A stretch of DNA of 64,000 nt from Sedimentisphaerales bacterium. Its GTDB lineage: Bacteria > Planctomycetota > Phycisphaerae > Sedimentisphaerales > Anaerobacaceae. The stretch is from assembly GCA_963708075.1 (NCBI GenBank), contig OY970194.1, positions 1,728,001 through 1,792,000 on the forward strand, in the 5' to 3' direction. This document shows, in pieces, positions 28,252-38,785 of the stretch. A program made the translations under genes and the position numbers. The stretch's first letter is position 1; each line of letters starts with the position of its first letter. Under the pieces are notes generated by a model. It saw only the letters and a program-made list of their open reading frames with translations, searched no databases and was not told the origin of the DNA.

Positions 28252-29481
28252 ATGAGACGAACGGAATTCTTTGAAGCCGCAGTCAGAGCCGGATTCTACG
28301 GCATCGACCGGGGCGGACTCTTCGGGAAGAAAGACAACGTCCGCAAGTACTGGGAAGATGTATTCATCAAGGCGGCTGTTCGCCCCTCTATCGAAAGTCT
28401 GCTCGCCACGAACGGCCGTCTGCGAATCGTGGACCTTGGCGCCGGCAGCGGGGAAGGCCTGGAACTGCTGGCGCATATCCCCCCGTCGGAGCCGGTGAAA
28501 ACGCGAGAGCCCTTCGTACTGGACAAGCCTCAGATCGAAGTCTATTGCGGCGTGGACATCTCGCCCGCCATGGTCGAACAAGGTCGGGAGAATTACCGGG
28601 GCAGGAACTACGCTCGTTTTCTCGAAGCCGACCTTTCCGACGGCTTCCCCCTGCCAGGCGAGCCACCGTTCCACGTCTATTTCTCCTCCTACTGCTCGCT
28701 CTCTCATCTGACCGCGTCCGAGCTGGAGCATCTCTCGGCGCAGGTGTTCACCCATGCCGGTAAGGGGAGCATCATGGTTTATGATGTGTACGGGCGCTAT
28801 TCGCCGGAATGGCCCATCTACTGGGATAAGAGCGCCGATCAAGAACTCCCGTACAATATGGCCTACCTCCAACCTCCGGAACAACAGGATCCCAAGACGG
28901 CCGACTGGTTCGACGTGACATTCTGGACCGGCGACGAGCTCGTGGACACGATTCAGCGGGCCAGCGCAACATCCGGACGAAATGTCAAGGTGCTTTTGCT
29001 CAAGGACCGATCGGTCCTCGTTGGCCGGCACATGGACACCTCCTTCTTCAAACCCACTCGATTCGGAGTCAGGCAACAGGTTAACGTCCTGTTCGACCGC
29101 GACTATCGGGGCGATACATCCGGCTTGAGACTCAATCTCGACTACCTGCCGACGAGGTCGGATTCCGATGAACGAGCCGCCGAACGCATCCGCACGTATC
29201 TCGCCTCGTGGTCGTCCGTCGTCGACATTCTGGACGCTCTCACCCAGCATGACAATCCGCGCGTCAAGCAGTTGATCGAATCGAGTAATGAGACGCTTGC
29301 GGAAGAACTGAAGATGCTCGCCTGGCTCTACAGAAACGCTGACCGGTTCCCCGTCGCGGATTTCTGGGCCAGCATCATGGGGCCGCAAGTCGCCTGCGTG
29401 CTGCGAAACCTGGAAATGGAGCTACCCCCGGGACTCGGCTGCGGCCACAGCCTCATGTGCGTCGTTGAAGTCCAGGGGTAG
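28252..29481 (+). CDS. Class I SAM-dependent methyltransferase
   Basis: LRIVDLGAGSGEG, GVDISPAMVEQ, FLEADLS. Confidence 0.85.
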   Translation: MRRTEFFEAAVRAGFYGIDRGGLFGKKDNVRKYWEDVFIKAAVRPSIESLLATNGRLRIVDLGAGSGEGLELLAHIPPSEPVKTREPFVLDKPQIEVYCGVDISPAMVEQGRENYRGRNYARFLEADLSDGFPLPGEPPFHVYFSSYCSLSHLTASELEHLSAQVFTHAGKGSIMVYDVYGRYSPEWPIYWDKSADQELPYNMAYLQPPEQQDPKTADWFDVTFWTGDELVDTIQRASATSGRNVKVLLLKDRSVLVGRHMDTSFFKPTRFGVRQQVNVLFDRDYRGDTSGLRLNLDYLPTRSDSDERAAERIRTYLASWSSVVDILDALTQHDNPRVKQLIESSNETLAEELKMLAWLYRNADRFPVADFWASIMGPQVACVLRNLEMELPPGLGCGHSLMCVVEVQG

Positions 29482-29525
29482 CCTGAATCACCTCTTGATG
29501 TCCTCACGTACGTCCCAGGAAGGGA

Positions 29526-30377
29526 TCAGGCATGTCGACAGACATCGGACAAGGAACAGCAACTGCACTCCGGTCGATGCCGGCCGGTGCAATTTTCCAG
29601 GATGCCGATTCGGGAGAGCGAGAAATCGTACTTGACCGGATCAGCGGGCTCTATTTCGGCGAAGGCCTCGGTGATCTTCACGGCTGTCCGCAGCGAAGTG
29701 GTCTTGTCGTTGTGAAGGCCCAGGATGCGGCAGAGGCGCGCCATATGCACATCGACGGGAACGATCAGCTTGGCCTTGTCGATGCGCCGCCAGAGGCCCA
29801 CGTCCACCTCGTCGTGCCGGACCATCCAGCGCAGGAACAGGTGCAGTCGCTTGCTGGCGCTGCCCCGGCTTGGACTGGCCAGAAGATAGCCGAGCCCGCC
29901 GGATACACGCCCGCCGTGCGCGTCGGCGTAGAGCCGGCACAGGCTGTCGCAGAACGTGCTCAGGGCCGGCAGCACAGTCGGATGCTCCTCGCGGTAGCCC
30001 TCCAGGAAGAATGATTCCAAGTCGCCGTGATCATCCAGGACTCGACGGAAGAGGTCGAGCAGGTCCCAGATATCACTACCCGCGGTGAATCGATGTTTGA
30101 ACGTGCGAAGGCTTGCCCGACCGGCGCCGTTGAGACGCATGGTGAAGTCGTAGGGCGCCCGGTTCATGCGGTCGAAAAGCTGCGTCAGGCTGCGTTCAAT
30201 CTGTCGCACGCGACCGTAGGCCAGCGCCGTAGCGAGAAACGCGGCGATCTCCATATCCGAGCGCTCGGAGAAACGATAGACGAATTGCAGCGGGTCGGGC
30301 GGCACGAACGCGCGGTGATTGTACCTCGCGTACAGCCGCTCCAGCAGATTCTTTGTTTCCACACTTTCGGCGATCAT
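29526..30377 (-). CDS. TIGR02757/DUF2400 family protein
   Basis: DPLQFV, LAYGRV, SASKRLHLFLRWMVR, IVPVDVHM, DPVKYDFSL. Confidence 0.9.
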   Translation of the reverse strand: MIAESVETKNLLERLYARYNHRAFVPPDPLQFVYRFSERSDMEIAAFLATALAYGRVRQIERSLTQLFDRMNRAPYDFTMRLNGAGRASLRTFKHRFTAGSDIWDLLDLFRRVLDDHGDLESFFLEGYREEHPTVLPALSTFCDSLCRLYADAHGGRVSGGLGYLLASPSRGSASKRLHLFLRWMVRHDEVDVGLWRRIDKAKLIVPVDVHMARLCRILGLHNDKTTSLRTAVKITEAFAEIEPADPVKYDFSLSRIGILENCTGRHRPECSCCSLSDVCRHA

Positions 30378-31174
30378 AACGAGCCATCGCTCACCCCCGC
30401 GATGTACCGGCCGTTGCTGCGGAACACTTCCACGCGACAGTCGAAGAGCCTGCTCAGCTTCTCCGAAGTCAGCATCTGCTCGGCCGGGCCTTGCCCCAAC
30501 ACGCCGCCGCCTTTGAGCAGGACCACCTGGTCCACACAGCAAGGCAGCTCATCGAGATGGTGAGTTACGATGACTACGGTCGGATGATTCCGCCGGTTCA
30601 GCAGCCGCTCCAGCACGCCGATGCACGCCGCGCGGGCTCCCATGTCCAGCCCCGCCGTCGGCTCATCGAGCAGCAGCAGACCCGCCTTACCCACCAGCGC
30701 CCGGGCCAGCAGCACCTTCATCTGTTCCCCCGTGGAAAGTTGAGCGAACGCACTGCCGTGATGTTCGCCAAGTCCAAACTGCTCAATCTCCTCATCCACG
30801 CGCCGCCACTGGGCCAATGAAACATCCCGATCAATCGGCAACCGGATCGTCCCGAACAGGCCGGTAGCAACAACCTCGCGAACGGACACACCCCGATCAA
30901 ACGCCGGACTCCGCGAAGGCTCGATCAGCCCAATAGTTGAGCGAGTCTTCGCCAAATCCACTTTCCCGAACACCTGCCCGCCGATACTGACCGCCCCGTT
31001 GCTCGGCCACATATACCCGCCCAAAATAGCCAAGAGCGTCGATTTCCCCGATCCATTCGGTCCCAGTATAGCGCAGCAACTACCTGCCGCGACTTGCACA
31101 GAAATGTCCGTAAGAATAGCCCGCCCCCACCGGACGATGCCGACATTCTCAAGATGTATCGCATGTGCATTCAT
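30374..31174 (-). CDS. ABC transporter ATP-binding protein (ModF-like)
   Basis: GPNGSGKST, LSTGE, LLLLDEP, VTHH. Confidence 0.9.
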   Translation of the reverse strand: MNAHAIHLENVGIVRWGRAILTDISVQVAAGSCCAILGPNGSGKSTLLAILGGYMWPSNGAVSIGGQVFGKVDLAKTRSTIGLIEPSRSPAFDRGVSVREVVATGLFGTIRLPIDRDVSLAQWRRVDEEIEQFGLGEHHGSAFAQLSTGEQMKVLLARALVGKAGLLLLDEPTAGLDMGARAACIGVLERLLNRRNHPTVVIVTHHLDELPCCVDQVVLLKGGGVLGQGPAEQMLTSEKLSRLFDCRVEVFRSNGRYIAGVSDGSL

Positions 31175-31302
31175 AAGCCGGCGATGATAACCACACCGAA
31201 GTCCAAATGCACGCCTGTACTCATGGACTCATCGCAGACCATGAGGGGCTCTGCCCCTTCACCCCGGCATTTTGCGCTTCTTGCCAATAGCATGACAGTC
31301 TC

Positions 31303-31437
31303 GTAGGGTGTGCACTGCACACCATCTTCTTCCCATCCTCACAGAGCGTGTAGGGTGGGGCTTGCCCCACCGCTTCCCGGGCCTTCGTTTGGAGTCCCGC
31401 CTTCAGGCAGCCCAGGACCGCGTAAACGCGGGACTCC
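31303..31437. repeat. Cluster of REP-like palindromes
   Basis: GTAGGGTGTGCACTGCACACC, GTAGGGTGGGGCTTGCCCCACC, GGAGTCCCGC...GCGGGACTCC. Confidence 0.75.
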
Positions 31438-31536
31438 CAACGCAGATGCCCTGCGCTGTTTCCCGCCCTCAGAGATGTGGCCATGCTTCTCCGCCAAGGA
31501 CAGCGCAAGTTCCTGGCGATGGGACCGTTTCTTCAC

Positions 31537-31565
31537 TTGCACTATATACGGCAGTGCCGTATATT
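31537..31565 (+). promoter_or_regulatory. Sigma70 promoter with perfect palindromic operator (TA autoregulation)
   Basis: TTGCAC-17 bp-TATATT; ATATACGGCA-G-TGCCGTATAT at 31544..31564. Confidence 0.75.
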
Positions 31566-31574
31566 CAGTACAAT

Positions 31575-31619
31575 ATGAAAATCATCAGAAACCGCATCGT
31601 TCACCAAGTGTCGCGATGA
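31575..31619 (+). pseudogene. Possible RelE/ParE-type toxin remnant
   Basis: ATG AAA ATC ATC (A) GAA ACC GCA TCG TTC ACC AAG = MKII-ETASFTK, resembling RelE N-termini; runs into the antitoxin start. Confidence 0.45.
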
Positions 31620-31939
31620 GTAAGACCAAGAAAGTCAACCTATATGCGGCAGTCAAGGAGGGACTCGATGAAATGGTCGCCATTGAGAAGGGCGAGAGAG
31701 AGCCCGTGCGCGTCCATCGCTTCTTCACAAGCAAGGACATAAGAGCCCTTCGCAAAAAGGCTGGTGTCTCACAACGCACCTTTGCGGCCATGCTCGGCGT
31801 CAGTAACAGGACCCTTCAGGATTGGGAACAGGGCCGGCGAATCCCGACCGTGCCCGCCATGAACCTGTTGCGCCTGTACGAAGCCATGCCCAAAGCGACC
31901 ACAAGAGTCATAGCCGAAGAGCCGGCCCTTGCGCCTTAA
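31616..31939 (+). CDS. XRE-HTH antitoxin (HigA/YiaG-like)
   Basis: IRALRKKAGVSQRTFAAMLGVSNRTLQDWEQGRRIP..PA..LL. Confidence 0.9.
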   Translation: MSKTKKVNLYAAVKEGLDEMVAIEKGEREPVRVHRFFTSKDIRALRKKAGVSQRTFAAMLGVSNRTLQDWEQGRRIPTVPAMNLLRLYEAMPKATTRVIAEEPALAP

Positions 31940-32008
31940 ATGAATGTGAAATGCGTAGGTGTGACCCCCTGTTCGGGTTGACCCCTTTCCCGTCCCTTCC
32001 CGAAAACG

Positions 32009-32983
32009 TCAGAGCCCCCTTGTCAGATCGCGGTAATCACGCGCTCTTTGCATGCGTTGTGTATCATCGAGCAGATACTGTATCTCATCGAACATCGTTT
32101 CCACCCATCGTCTGTATCTTGGCATCTCAGGGTGCCCGCACTTCATCTTCCGAAAATCAGCATTGCAGTTGACATCGAACGACTCTGACCAGAACTCCTT
32201 GCTCTTCTTCTTGTCATAGCTCAAGAGCCACGCAAAATCCCCCACACCTATCGACCCGCCCCTCGGACGTATAGTAACAGAGACTTCAACGAAAGGATTT
32301 GTGAACACGAGTTTGCGGTCATATGGCGAGACAACCACACGTCCTTCCGTCTTTGGTGGGACAGTCATCTTCTCAGGCCAATGCTGCTTCGGAAAGTCGA
32401 CAAGCAATGATGAAAAACGCCCCTTGTCTCCTGACCCGATCAGAAAACGCTGCCACGCCAAGGAGCCAGAAGCTGGCTCAGGCTTTACCGGCGAGACAAC
32501 GCTCATAACGGCATCGCCAAGTCGCTGAGATGTAATACGGACATCCCACCAGTCAGCATATGCCCAGAAGAAACGATCCATCAATTTCAGAAGCACCATG
32601 TCACAGTATAGTTCTCCCGCTTCCCGTATTCTTCTGTCCGAATCCCCCTCATGAAATCTCTCGTCATGTTCAATACAGTTCGCTATGTAGCTCCGTAGTG
32701 AGCCACTGAACTGCTCGCCGCCGTAGAGAGCATCACGCCTATCGTGCTCATCCAATGCCAGAAGATCAGACTGGTGAAAGTATACGGTGGAGTTGAAATT
32801 CAACTCGATCTTCTCGCTTCTCAGGCTATACAGCACTGTAAAGAAAACACCGATGATACCAAGAATGACCGGGAGCACGACTCTGGACTTCATTTCAGGG
32901 AGGCTCCAGAGGCTCCTGTTTTCATATGCGATGTACGTGCCAACCACAACCAGAATAGCTACAATCAGGATGGTCAGTGCCAT
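32009..32983 (-). CDS. Hypothetical protein with two N-terminal TM segments (AT-richer cargo)
   Basis: MALTILIVAILVVVGTYIAY...VVLPVILGIIGVFFTVLY, then a soluble domain. Confidence 0.7.
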   Translation of the reverse strand: MALTILIVAILVVVGTYIAYENRSLWSLPEMKSRVVLPVILGIIGVFFTVLYSLRSEKIELNFNSTVYFHQSDLLALDEHDRRDALYGGEQFSGSLRSYIANCIEHDERFHEGDSDRRIREAGELYCDMVLLKLMDRFFWAYADWWDVRITSQRLGDAVMSVVSPVKPEPASGSLAWQRFLIGSGDKGRFSSLLVDFPKQHWPEKMTVPPKTEGRVVVSPYDRKLVFTNPFVEVSVTIRPRGGSIGVGDFAWLLSYDKKKSKEFWSESFDVNCNADFRKMKCGHPEMPRYRRWVETMFDEIQYLLDDTQRMQRARDYRDLTRGL

Positions 32984-33271
32984 ATCGCCATGCCTCCAGA
33001 ACAGGGGTCCCCACCGACGCATTTCACATTTTCTCCCAGGACTTCCAACCTCTGCGCAAGGAGTCCTCTTTCGTGTCTCAGAGTCGTTTTTTCTACATTC
33101 CAGTATCACCATCACTGTATAGCTGGGCCAAGAGATAGGCAAGGACAATGTTGATGAGGTATTGCGCGCGGCTTATGTCCCCCGGAGGTCGTGATTAGGA
33201 ATGGTTCCCGCCGTTGTGGGAATGCCATACGGGCGTTTTTGGGTTCTCTATACCGAAGGTTCGTGGCTCGA

Positions 33272-34141
33272 TCACGCGCCGGTTTCGAAGTTTCGGATCA
33301 GGTCCTGGAGTTTGTCGATGTCGACGTCTCTTTCGTAGAGGGGACGGTCGTCCTGCTGATAGATGCCGGTGTTGTCCTCAAAGGTCGTTTTGTGCGGATT
33401 CAGGTAAAAGACGCCGAGGGGGAGCGGGTCTTTCTGGAGGGCTTTTTCGAAGGCTTGCATCCGATTGGTTGGATCGTGGGATTCATCGAGATAATACGTG
33501 TGCTCTTTGAACCATTGATAGGTGTTGATCTTGTTGTATGTGACGCAGGGTTGGAAGATGTCGAGGAGGGCGTAGCCCTTGTGCGTGATGGCTTTTTTCA
33601 TCAGGTCTTTGGTCTGCTCGCGGTCCTGGGCGTTGGCTCTTGCGACGAAGCCAGCGTCCAGGGCGATGGCGACGGCCAGTGGATTGAAGGGCTCTGAGGT
33701 CACACCGCCGGGCTGGACTTGCGTCTTGAAGCCGGTTGGGCTGGTGGGCGAGGCCTGGCCCTTGGTCAGCCCGTAGACCATGTTGTCGTGCACGATGTTC
33801 GTGATGTTGGGATTGCGGCGGATCGTGTGCATGAAGTGGTTGCCGCCCTCGCCATAGGTGTCGCCGTCGCCGCTTTCGACGATCACCGTCAGGTGCGGGT
33901 TGCAGGCTTTGATCGCAGTGGCGGGCGGCAGGGCCCGGCCGTGAAGGCCGTTGAAGACGTTTGTCTTCACATAGTGCGGCGTCTTGGCGGCTTGGCCGAT
34001 GCCCGAGACCAGCACGACCTGTGTCGGGTCGAGGTCAAGCTCTGCCAGAGCCTCCTTCAGCGTCCGCAGGATTGGGAAATTCCCGCAGCCGGGGCACCAT
34101 GCAATGTCGATCGGACCCATGTCAAACGCTTTGGCATCCAT
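33272..34141 (-). CDS. 2-oxoacid:ferredoxin oxidoreductase beta subunit
   Basis: [27 protein letters not shown] motif, [18 protein letters not shown]. Confidence 0.93.
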   Translation of the reverse strand: MDAKAFDMGPIDIAWCPGCGNFPILRTLKEALAELDLDPTQVVLVSGIGQAAKTPHYVKTNVFNGLHGRALPPATAIKACNPHLTVIVESGDGDTYGEGGNHFMHTIRRNPNITNIVHDNMVYGLTKGQASPTSPTGFKTQVQPGGVTSEPFNPLAVAIALDAGFVARANAQDREQTKDLMKKAITHKGYALLDIFQPCVTYNKINTYQWFKEHTYYLDESHDPTNRMQAFEKALQKDPLPLGVFYLNPHKTTFEDNTGIYQQDDRPLYERDVDIDKLQDLIRNFETGA

Positions 34142-35900
34142 CAGTCGCTTTCCTCCAACCTGTCACCTTCCTTCGACAGTGAATCATTGAGATGCGCCAC
34201 GACTTCTTCCACGCTGAAAGGCAACCCGTTGTATTTCAGGATTCCCTCATCGATGTCGATGCCGGCGTATAGCGAGATTATGTTCGCGAACTGGCCTGTG
34301 GCGTTGCCTTCCACGATGAAGGTCCGGTCGGCCGCGTTGAGATAATCCACCGTGCTCTCATGGAGCGGATAGACCTGCCGGTAGTACAGCATCGCCGTAT
34401 CGTCCCGGCCCATCTGCTCCAGGGCCTCTCGCACCGGGTGGTACGTCGAGCCCCAGCAAATCACGAGGTTCCGATAGTCCTGCGGGCCGATCAGCTCGGG
34501 CGGGATCACCTCCTCGCCAAGGGCATCGCCCTTCGCCAGCCGCTTATCCACCATCTGCACGCGCAGGTCGAGGTCCTCCGTGATGTGCCCCCGCTCATCG
34601 TGCTCATCGCTATCGACGACGACCAGTCCCTCGCCAAATCCGGGGACACCCCGGGGCGATATGCCGTCCTCGGAAAACGCATAGCGGCGATAGTCCTTCG
34701 AAGTCTCGATGACGTGCTTCTCGATGGTGACTTTGCCCAGGTCCAGCCCGGGGATGTTGTAGTAGGAGTCGATGTAGTACTGGTCCGTGAGGACGAACAC
34801 CGGGACCTGGTACTTGTCGGCGAGATTGAACGCCTTCTGCGTCAGGTAGAATCCGTCTTCGAGCGTCCCCGGCGTCAGGATGATTCGCGGGAACTCGCCA
34901 TGTCCGGCGTTCAGGACGAACTGCAGATCGCCCTGCTCGGTCCGCGTGGGCAGTCCCGTCGCCGGCCCCGGCCGCTGGCCAAGGTGGATCACCACGGGGG
35001 TCTCAAGCATCCCGGACAGGCTCAGCCCCTCAACCATCAGGGCGAATCCGCCGCCCGATGTTGTCACCAGGGCCCGCGCGCCGCGTACCAGGCCCCGATC
35101 GCCATATTCATCGCGGCGATCTCGTCCTCCACCTGCTCCACGATCATCCCGAAGTCCCTGCCATGCTGAGCGAGAAAGGTCAGCACAGGGGTCGAAGGCG
35201 ACATTGGATAGGAGCAGACATAATTGCACCCGCCGGCGATCGCGCCCATGCCGACAGCCTCGGAGCCATTGACAAGCAATTCCCCCTTGACCCGCGTGTC
35301 TACCTCCGCGCACAGCCTCAGCTCCTCCGGCAGATCGAGCCCGCAAGCGGCCTTGCATCCGGCCTCGGCTGCCCTGGCATTGTCCTCCACCACGTTCTCC
35401 GGCTTGCCGGCGAAGTAATGTCGCACGAAGCTCTTGAGGTGCTCGACATCGACGCCCAGGAGGCCCGAGACCGCGCCCATCGCGACGGTATTCGAATAGA
35501 TCTTGTTCCCCACCTCCGTGGCGATGCGTGTGAAATCGATATCGAAGAACTTGCACTTTTGCGAGCTGCACGGCCCCCCGATCACGTCCTGCTCTCCGAG
35601 CACGACTGTCTGCGGCGAGATCCGCTTGGCGACATGCTCGACGGCTCCCTTGCTCAGCGCAATCAGGATGTCCATGCGTTCGACATACGCCGCGACCCGG
35701 TGATTTGCGACGCGGATCGTCGTGGAGTTCGCCCCGCCGCGAATCCGCGACATGTACTCCTTCGTCGCAAAGACGTGATGGCCGGCGAGTTTGAGAAGCC
35801 GGGTCAGCAGGAATTCGACGGTCTGCACGCCCTGCCCCGCTTCGCCGCATAGAACGATCGAGACATCCTTTTTCGGTCCGGTCCGCCCTGTTTTGCCCAT
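34141..35900 (-). CDS. 2-oxoacid:ferredoxin oxidoreductase alpha(-gamma) subunit, apparent frameshift near 35083
   Basis: [16 protein letters not shown] and EDEIAA in one frame; [22 protein letters not shown] and DSDEH in the other. Confidence 0.9.
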
Positions 35901-35951
35901 ATGACTGCCATTCTCCGAGAGGTTCAGGTTTGGCGCCATTATCACGCGGGA

Positions 35952-38069
35952 TTAGCCGTTGTCAACGGCTGAGGCCCTTCCTGTAATGTCCCCGAGTATT
36001 TCTCCCAGGTCTTCTCTCGTAGTTACGGGCTTGCGACAGGCATAGTTCGCGCATACGTAAACTGCCGTTCGGCCGTGGATGGGCGCAAGGTCCGCTGCAA
36101 AGGGAACCTCGTGAACAAGCGGCATGCCCTCGTCACCGGCCCCGCGAAACAGGACCACCGCGTTTGGCAGGAAGTGCTGTTTGACCTCTCGAATCAACTC
36201 CTGTGATTCGGCGGGAGAATTGATCCCCGCGATCACGATCTCCTGTGTCGGTCCCAACTGGCAGTCCAGCGCCAGGAGCATGAACGTCAGGCTGCTGGGC
36301 GATCCGGCCATTTCCCCGGAGAACCTGCGAAGTATTCTCTGAGCCTCCTCGGTGAACCGGCTCTCCATGAACACCCTCCCCAATTTCAGCAGCGCCAGGG
36401 CAGCCGCTGAATTGCCGCTGGGGACAGCCCCATCGTAGCCGGGCTTGTCACGCGTAATCAACTGCTCCGCGTCGTGGCCTGTGAGGAAGAATCCCCCTTC
36501 GGCTTCATGCGCAAACAAGGAGATCATCTGGTCGGCCAATGCCCTGGCCTCGCGAAGCCATCCCACATCAAAAGAGGCTTCGTACAGATCGATCAGCCCG
36601 AGGATCAGAAACGCATAATCCTCAAGGAAGCCTTTATCCATCGCACGGCCGGCGCGGAAGAATCGCATCAGGCGGCCATCCTCGTACAGGGAATTGACGA
36701 TGAACGCCGCGGCGCTGCGTGCCGCCTGGACGTACTCCAGCTCACCAAGCGCGGCGCCGCCATAGGCGAGAGAGGAAATCATCAACCCGTTCCATGCGGT
36801 GATGATCTTGTCATCCCTGTGGGGTCGTGGACGTCCGTTGCGGCGATCAAGAAGACGTTTCCTGGCTTCCGCCAGATCAGTCTTGATCTCCTCTGGGTTT
36901 CGGCCGAATTCCGCGCTCAGTTGCTCAATGGAGGCGGCGACGTGGAGAACGTTTTCACCTTCTTCGAAGTTGCCCTTGTCTGTCACCCCGTAGTACCGGC
37001 AGAAGACCTCGGCCTGCTCTGCCGGAAGGACACGCTCGATCTCCTCGCGCCGCCACACGTAGAAGGCTCCTTCCCTGCCTTCGCTGTCGGCGTCCTCTGC
37101 GGCGTAGAACCCGCCGTCAGGATCCCTCATGTCGCGCAACACGTATCGGAATATGTCCCGCGCGGCCCCGGCATACGCCGGGTCCTTCGTGACTTGATAA
37201 GTCTGGACATAGGTCCTGCTCAGCAACGCCTGGTCATAGAGCATCTTCTCAAAGTGGGGCACGAGCCACTGGGCATCGGTCGAGTAGCGATGGAAGCCGC
37301 CGCCGAGATGATCGTGAATCCCCCCTCGCGTCATGGCATCCAGCGTCTTCTCGACCATCTCCAGGGTCTCCTGGGAACCGGTCCGCCGCCAGTAATTCAA
37401 GAGCAGCGTGAGAGTGCTAGGCTGCGGGAATTTCGGGGCATGGCCAAATCCCCCATGCGTCTTATCGAAGTAGCCCGAGAGCACGCCGAATGCGTTATCG
37501 AGCACGCTCAGTGAGAGCGCATGTTCCGCGCCGGGCTCGGCGAGCCCGTGAAGCGCTCCCGTGAGTTCCTGTGCCGACTGCAGCAGTTGTTCCCGCTTGT
37601 CTCGCCACGCCTCCGCAACACTCTGCAACACCTGCGTGAAGCTGGGCCGGCCGAGCCCCGCTCGCGGGGGAAAATACGTGCCGCCATAGAAGGGCTCGCC
37701 ATCGGGCGTCAGGAAAACCGACAGCGGCCAGCCGCCCGAGCCGGTGATCATCTGAACCGCTTTCATGTACGTCTCGTCCACATCCGGCCTCTGCTCGCGA
37801 TCCACTTTGACGGAGACGAAGTCCCGGTTCAACAACTGCGCCGTGTCCTTATCCTCAAAGCTCTCCCGCTCCATCACGTGGCACCAGTGGCACGTGGAGT
37901 ACCCGATGGACAGAAAGACCGGCTTATCCTCACGCTTCGCCCGCTCGAACGCCTCCGGGCCCCACGGATACCAGTCCACGGGGTTGTGCGCGTGCTGCAA
38001 CAGGTAGGGACTGGTCTCACGGATCAGCCGATTCGTATGCGTGTGTGTAGTCTGTTCGTCCGCCTTCAT
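35952..38069 (-). CDS. Thioredoxin-domain YyaL/DUF255 protein
   Basis: [49 protein letters not shown]. Confidence 0.95.
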   Translation of the reverse strand: MKADEQTTHTHTNRLIRETSPYLLQHAHNPVDWYPWGPEAFERAKREDKPVFLSIGYSTCHWCHVMERESFEDKDTAQLLNRDFVSVKVDREQRPDVDETYMKAVQMITGSGGWPLSVFLTPDGEPFYGGTYFPPRAGLGRPSFTQVLQSVAEAWRDKREQLLQSAQELTGALHGLAEPGAEHALSLSVLDNAFGVLSGYFDKTHGGFGHAPKFPQPSTLTLLLNYWRRTGSQETLEMVEKTLDAMTRGGIHDHLGGGFHRYSTDAQWLVPHFEKMLYDQALLSRTYVQTYQVTKDPAYAGAARDIFRYVLRDMRDPDGGFYAAEDADSEGREGAFYVWRREEIERVLPAEQAEVFCRYYGVTDKGNFEEGENVLHVAASIEQLSAEFGRNPEEIKTDLAEARKRLLDRRNGRPRPHRDDKIITAWNGLMISSLAYGGAALGELEYVQAARSAAAFIVNSLYEDGRLMRFFRAGRAMDKGFLEDYAFLILGLIDLYEASFDVGWLREARALADQMISLFAHEAEGGFFLTGHDAEQLITRDKPGYDGAVPSGNSAAALALLKLGRVFMESRFTEEAQRILRRFSGEMAGSPSSLTFMLLALDCQLGPTQEIVIAGINSPAESQELIREVKQHFLPNAVVLFRGAGDEGMPLVHEVPFAADLAPIHGRTAVYVCANYACRKPVTTREDLGEILGDITGRASAVDNG

Positions 38070-38584
38070 CTTTCAGGAGTCTGCTCCAGCGACTGCACCA
38101 GGATCTTCATGTGTCGCTCTTCCTCACCAATCAGCGTCTTGATCACCTCCGCGTCGTGGTGACCTGGGATGAATTCCTTCAGACTGGTGAAATATGAAAT
38201 CGTGTCCTTCTCCTTCTGAATCGCCATTCTCAGCACCTCAGCCTTCGTACAGACGCCTACCAGCTCGTCCAGCGAACCTTCGCGGCCCCCAAAGACCGTC
38301 GGCAAGGGTGGTTCCGCCGGCGACGGGGCGTCCGCGTCGAGTACGATACGCCCCAGCTCCCGGTTCTGTCCGGCTTGGCGAGCCTCATCGGGCCCTGACA
38401 GCCGTTGCCGCATCTCTGTAAACACCTGCACATGCTGCCTCTCCCACCGCGCAAGGCTGACGAACAGCCTACAGACCTTTGTGTCGTCACACAACCCTGC
38501 GGCCCGGCGGTAGAACTTCACCGCGTTCCGCTCCATCCGCTCTGCGACCTCCAGAACCTGGTCGACGCTCAATGCTTTGGCCAT
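38066..38584 (-). CDS. Ferritin-like/rubrerythrin family protein
   Basis: [34 protein letters not shown]. Confidence 0.85.
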   Translation of the reverse strand: MAKALSVDQVLEVAERMERNAVKFYRRAAGLCDDTKVCRLFVSLARWERQHVQVFTEMRQRLSGPDEARQAGQNRELGRIVLDADAPSPAEPPLPTVFGGREGSLDELVGVCTKAEVLRMAIQKEKDTISYFTSLKEFIPGHHDAEVIKTLIGEEERHMKILVQSLEQTPER

Positions 38585-38785
38585 CTTGGAAATCCTTTGC
38601 TACGGTGATCTCAATCCTTTCCACCTCCAGCGTAGAACTGAATGAGCCAACTGGGCAAGAGGAAAATCCGCTAAGAAACTCAGGCGGATACGTAGCGTGA
38701 GACAGTCCCGGCGGATAGAATGCCCCCCTGTAGAGACGCGAAATCTCATCTCTATGGCAGCGGACCGCTACCTTGCGGAGTGGCA

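Noticed and set aside
35064..35100. Programmed frameshifting in the oxidoreductase alpha gene
   Set aside because: No slippery heptamer, and similar single-base breaks occur in many unrelated genes.
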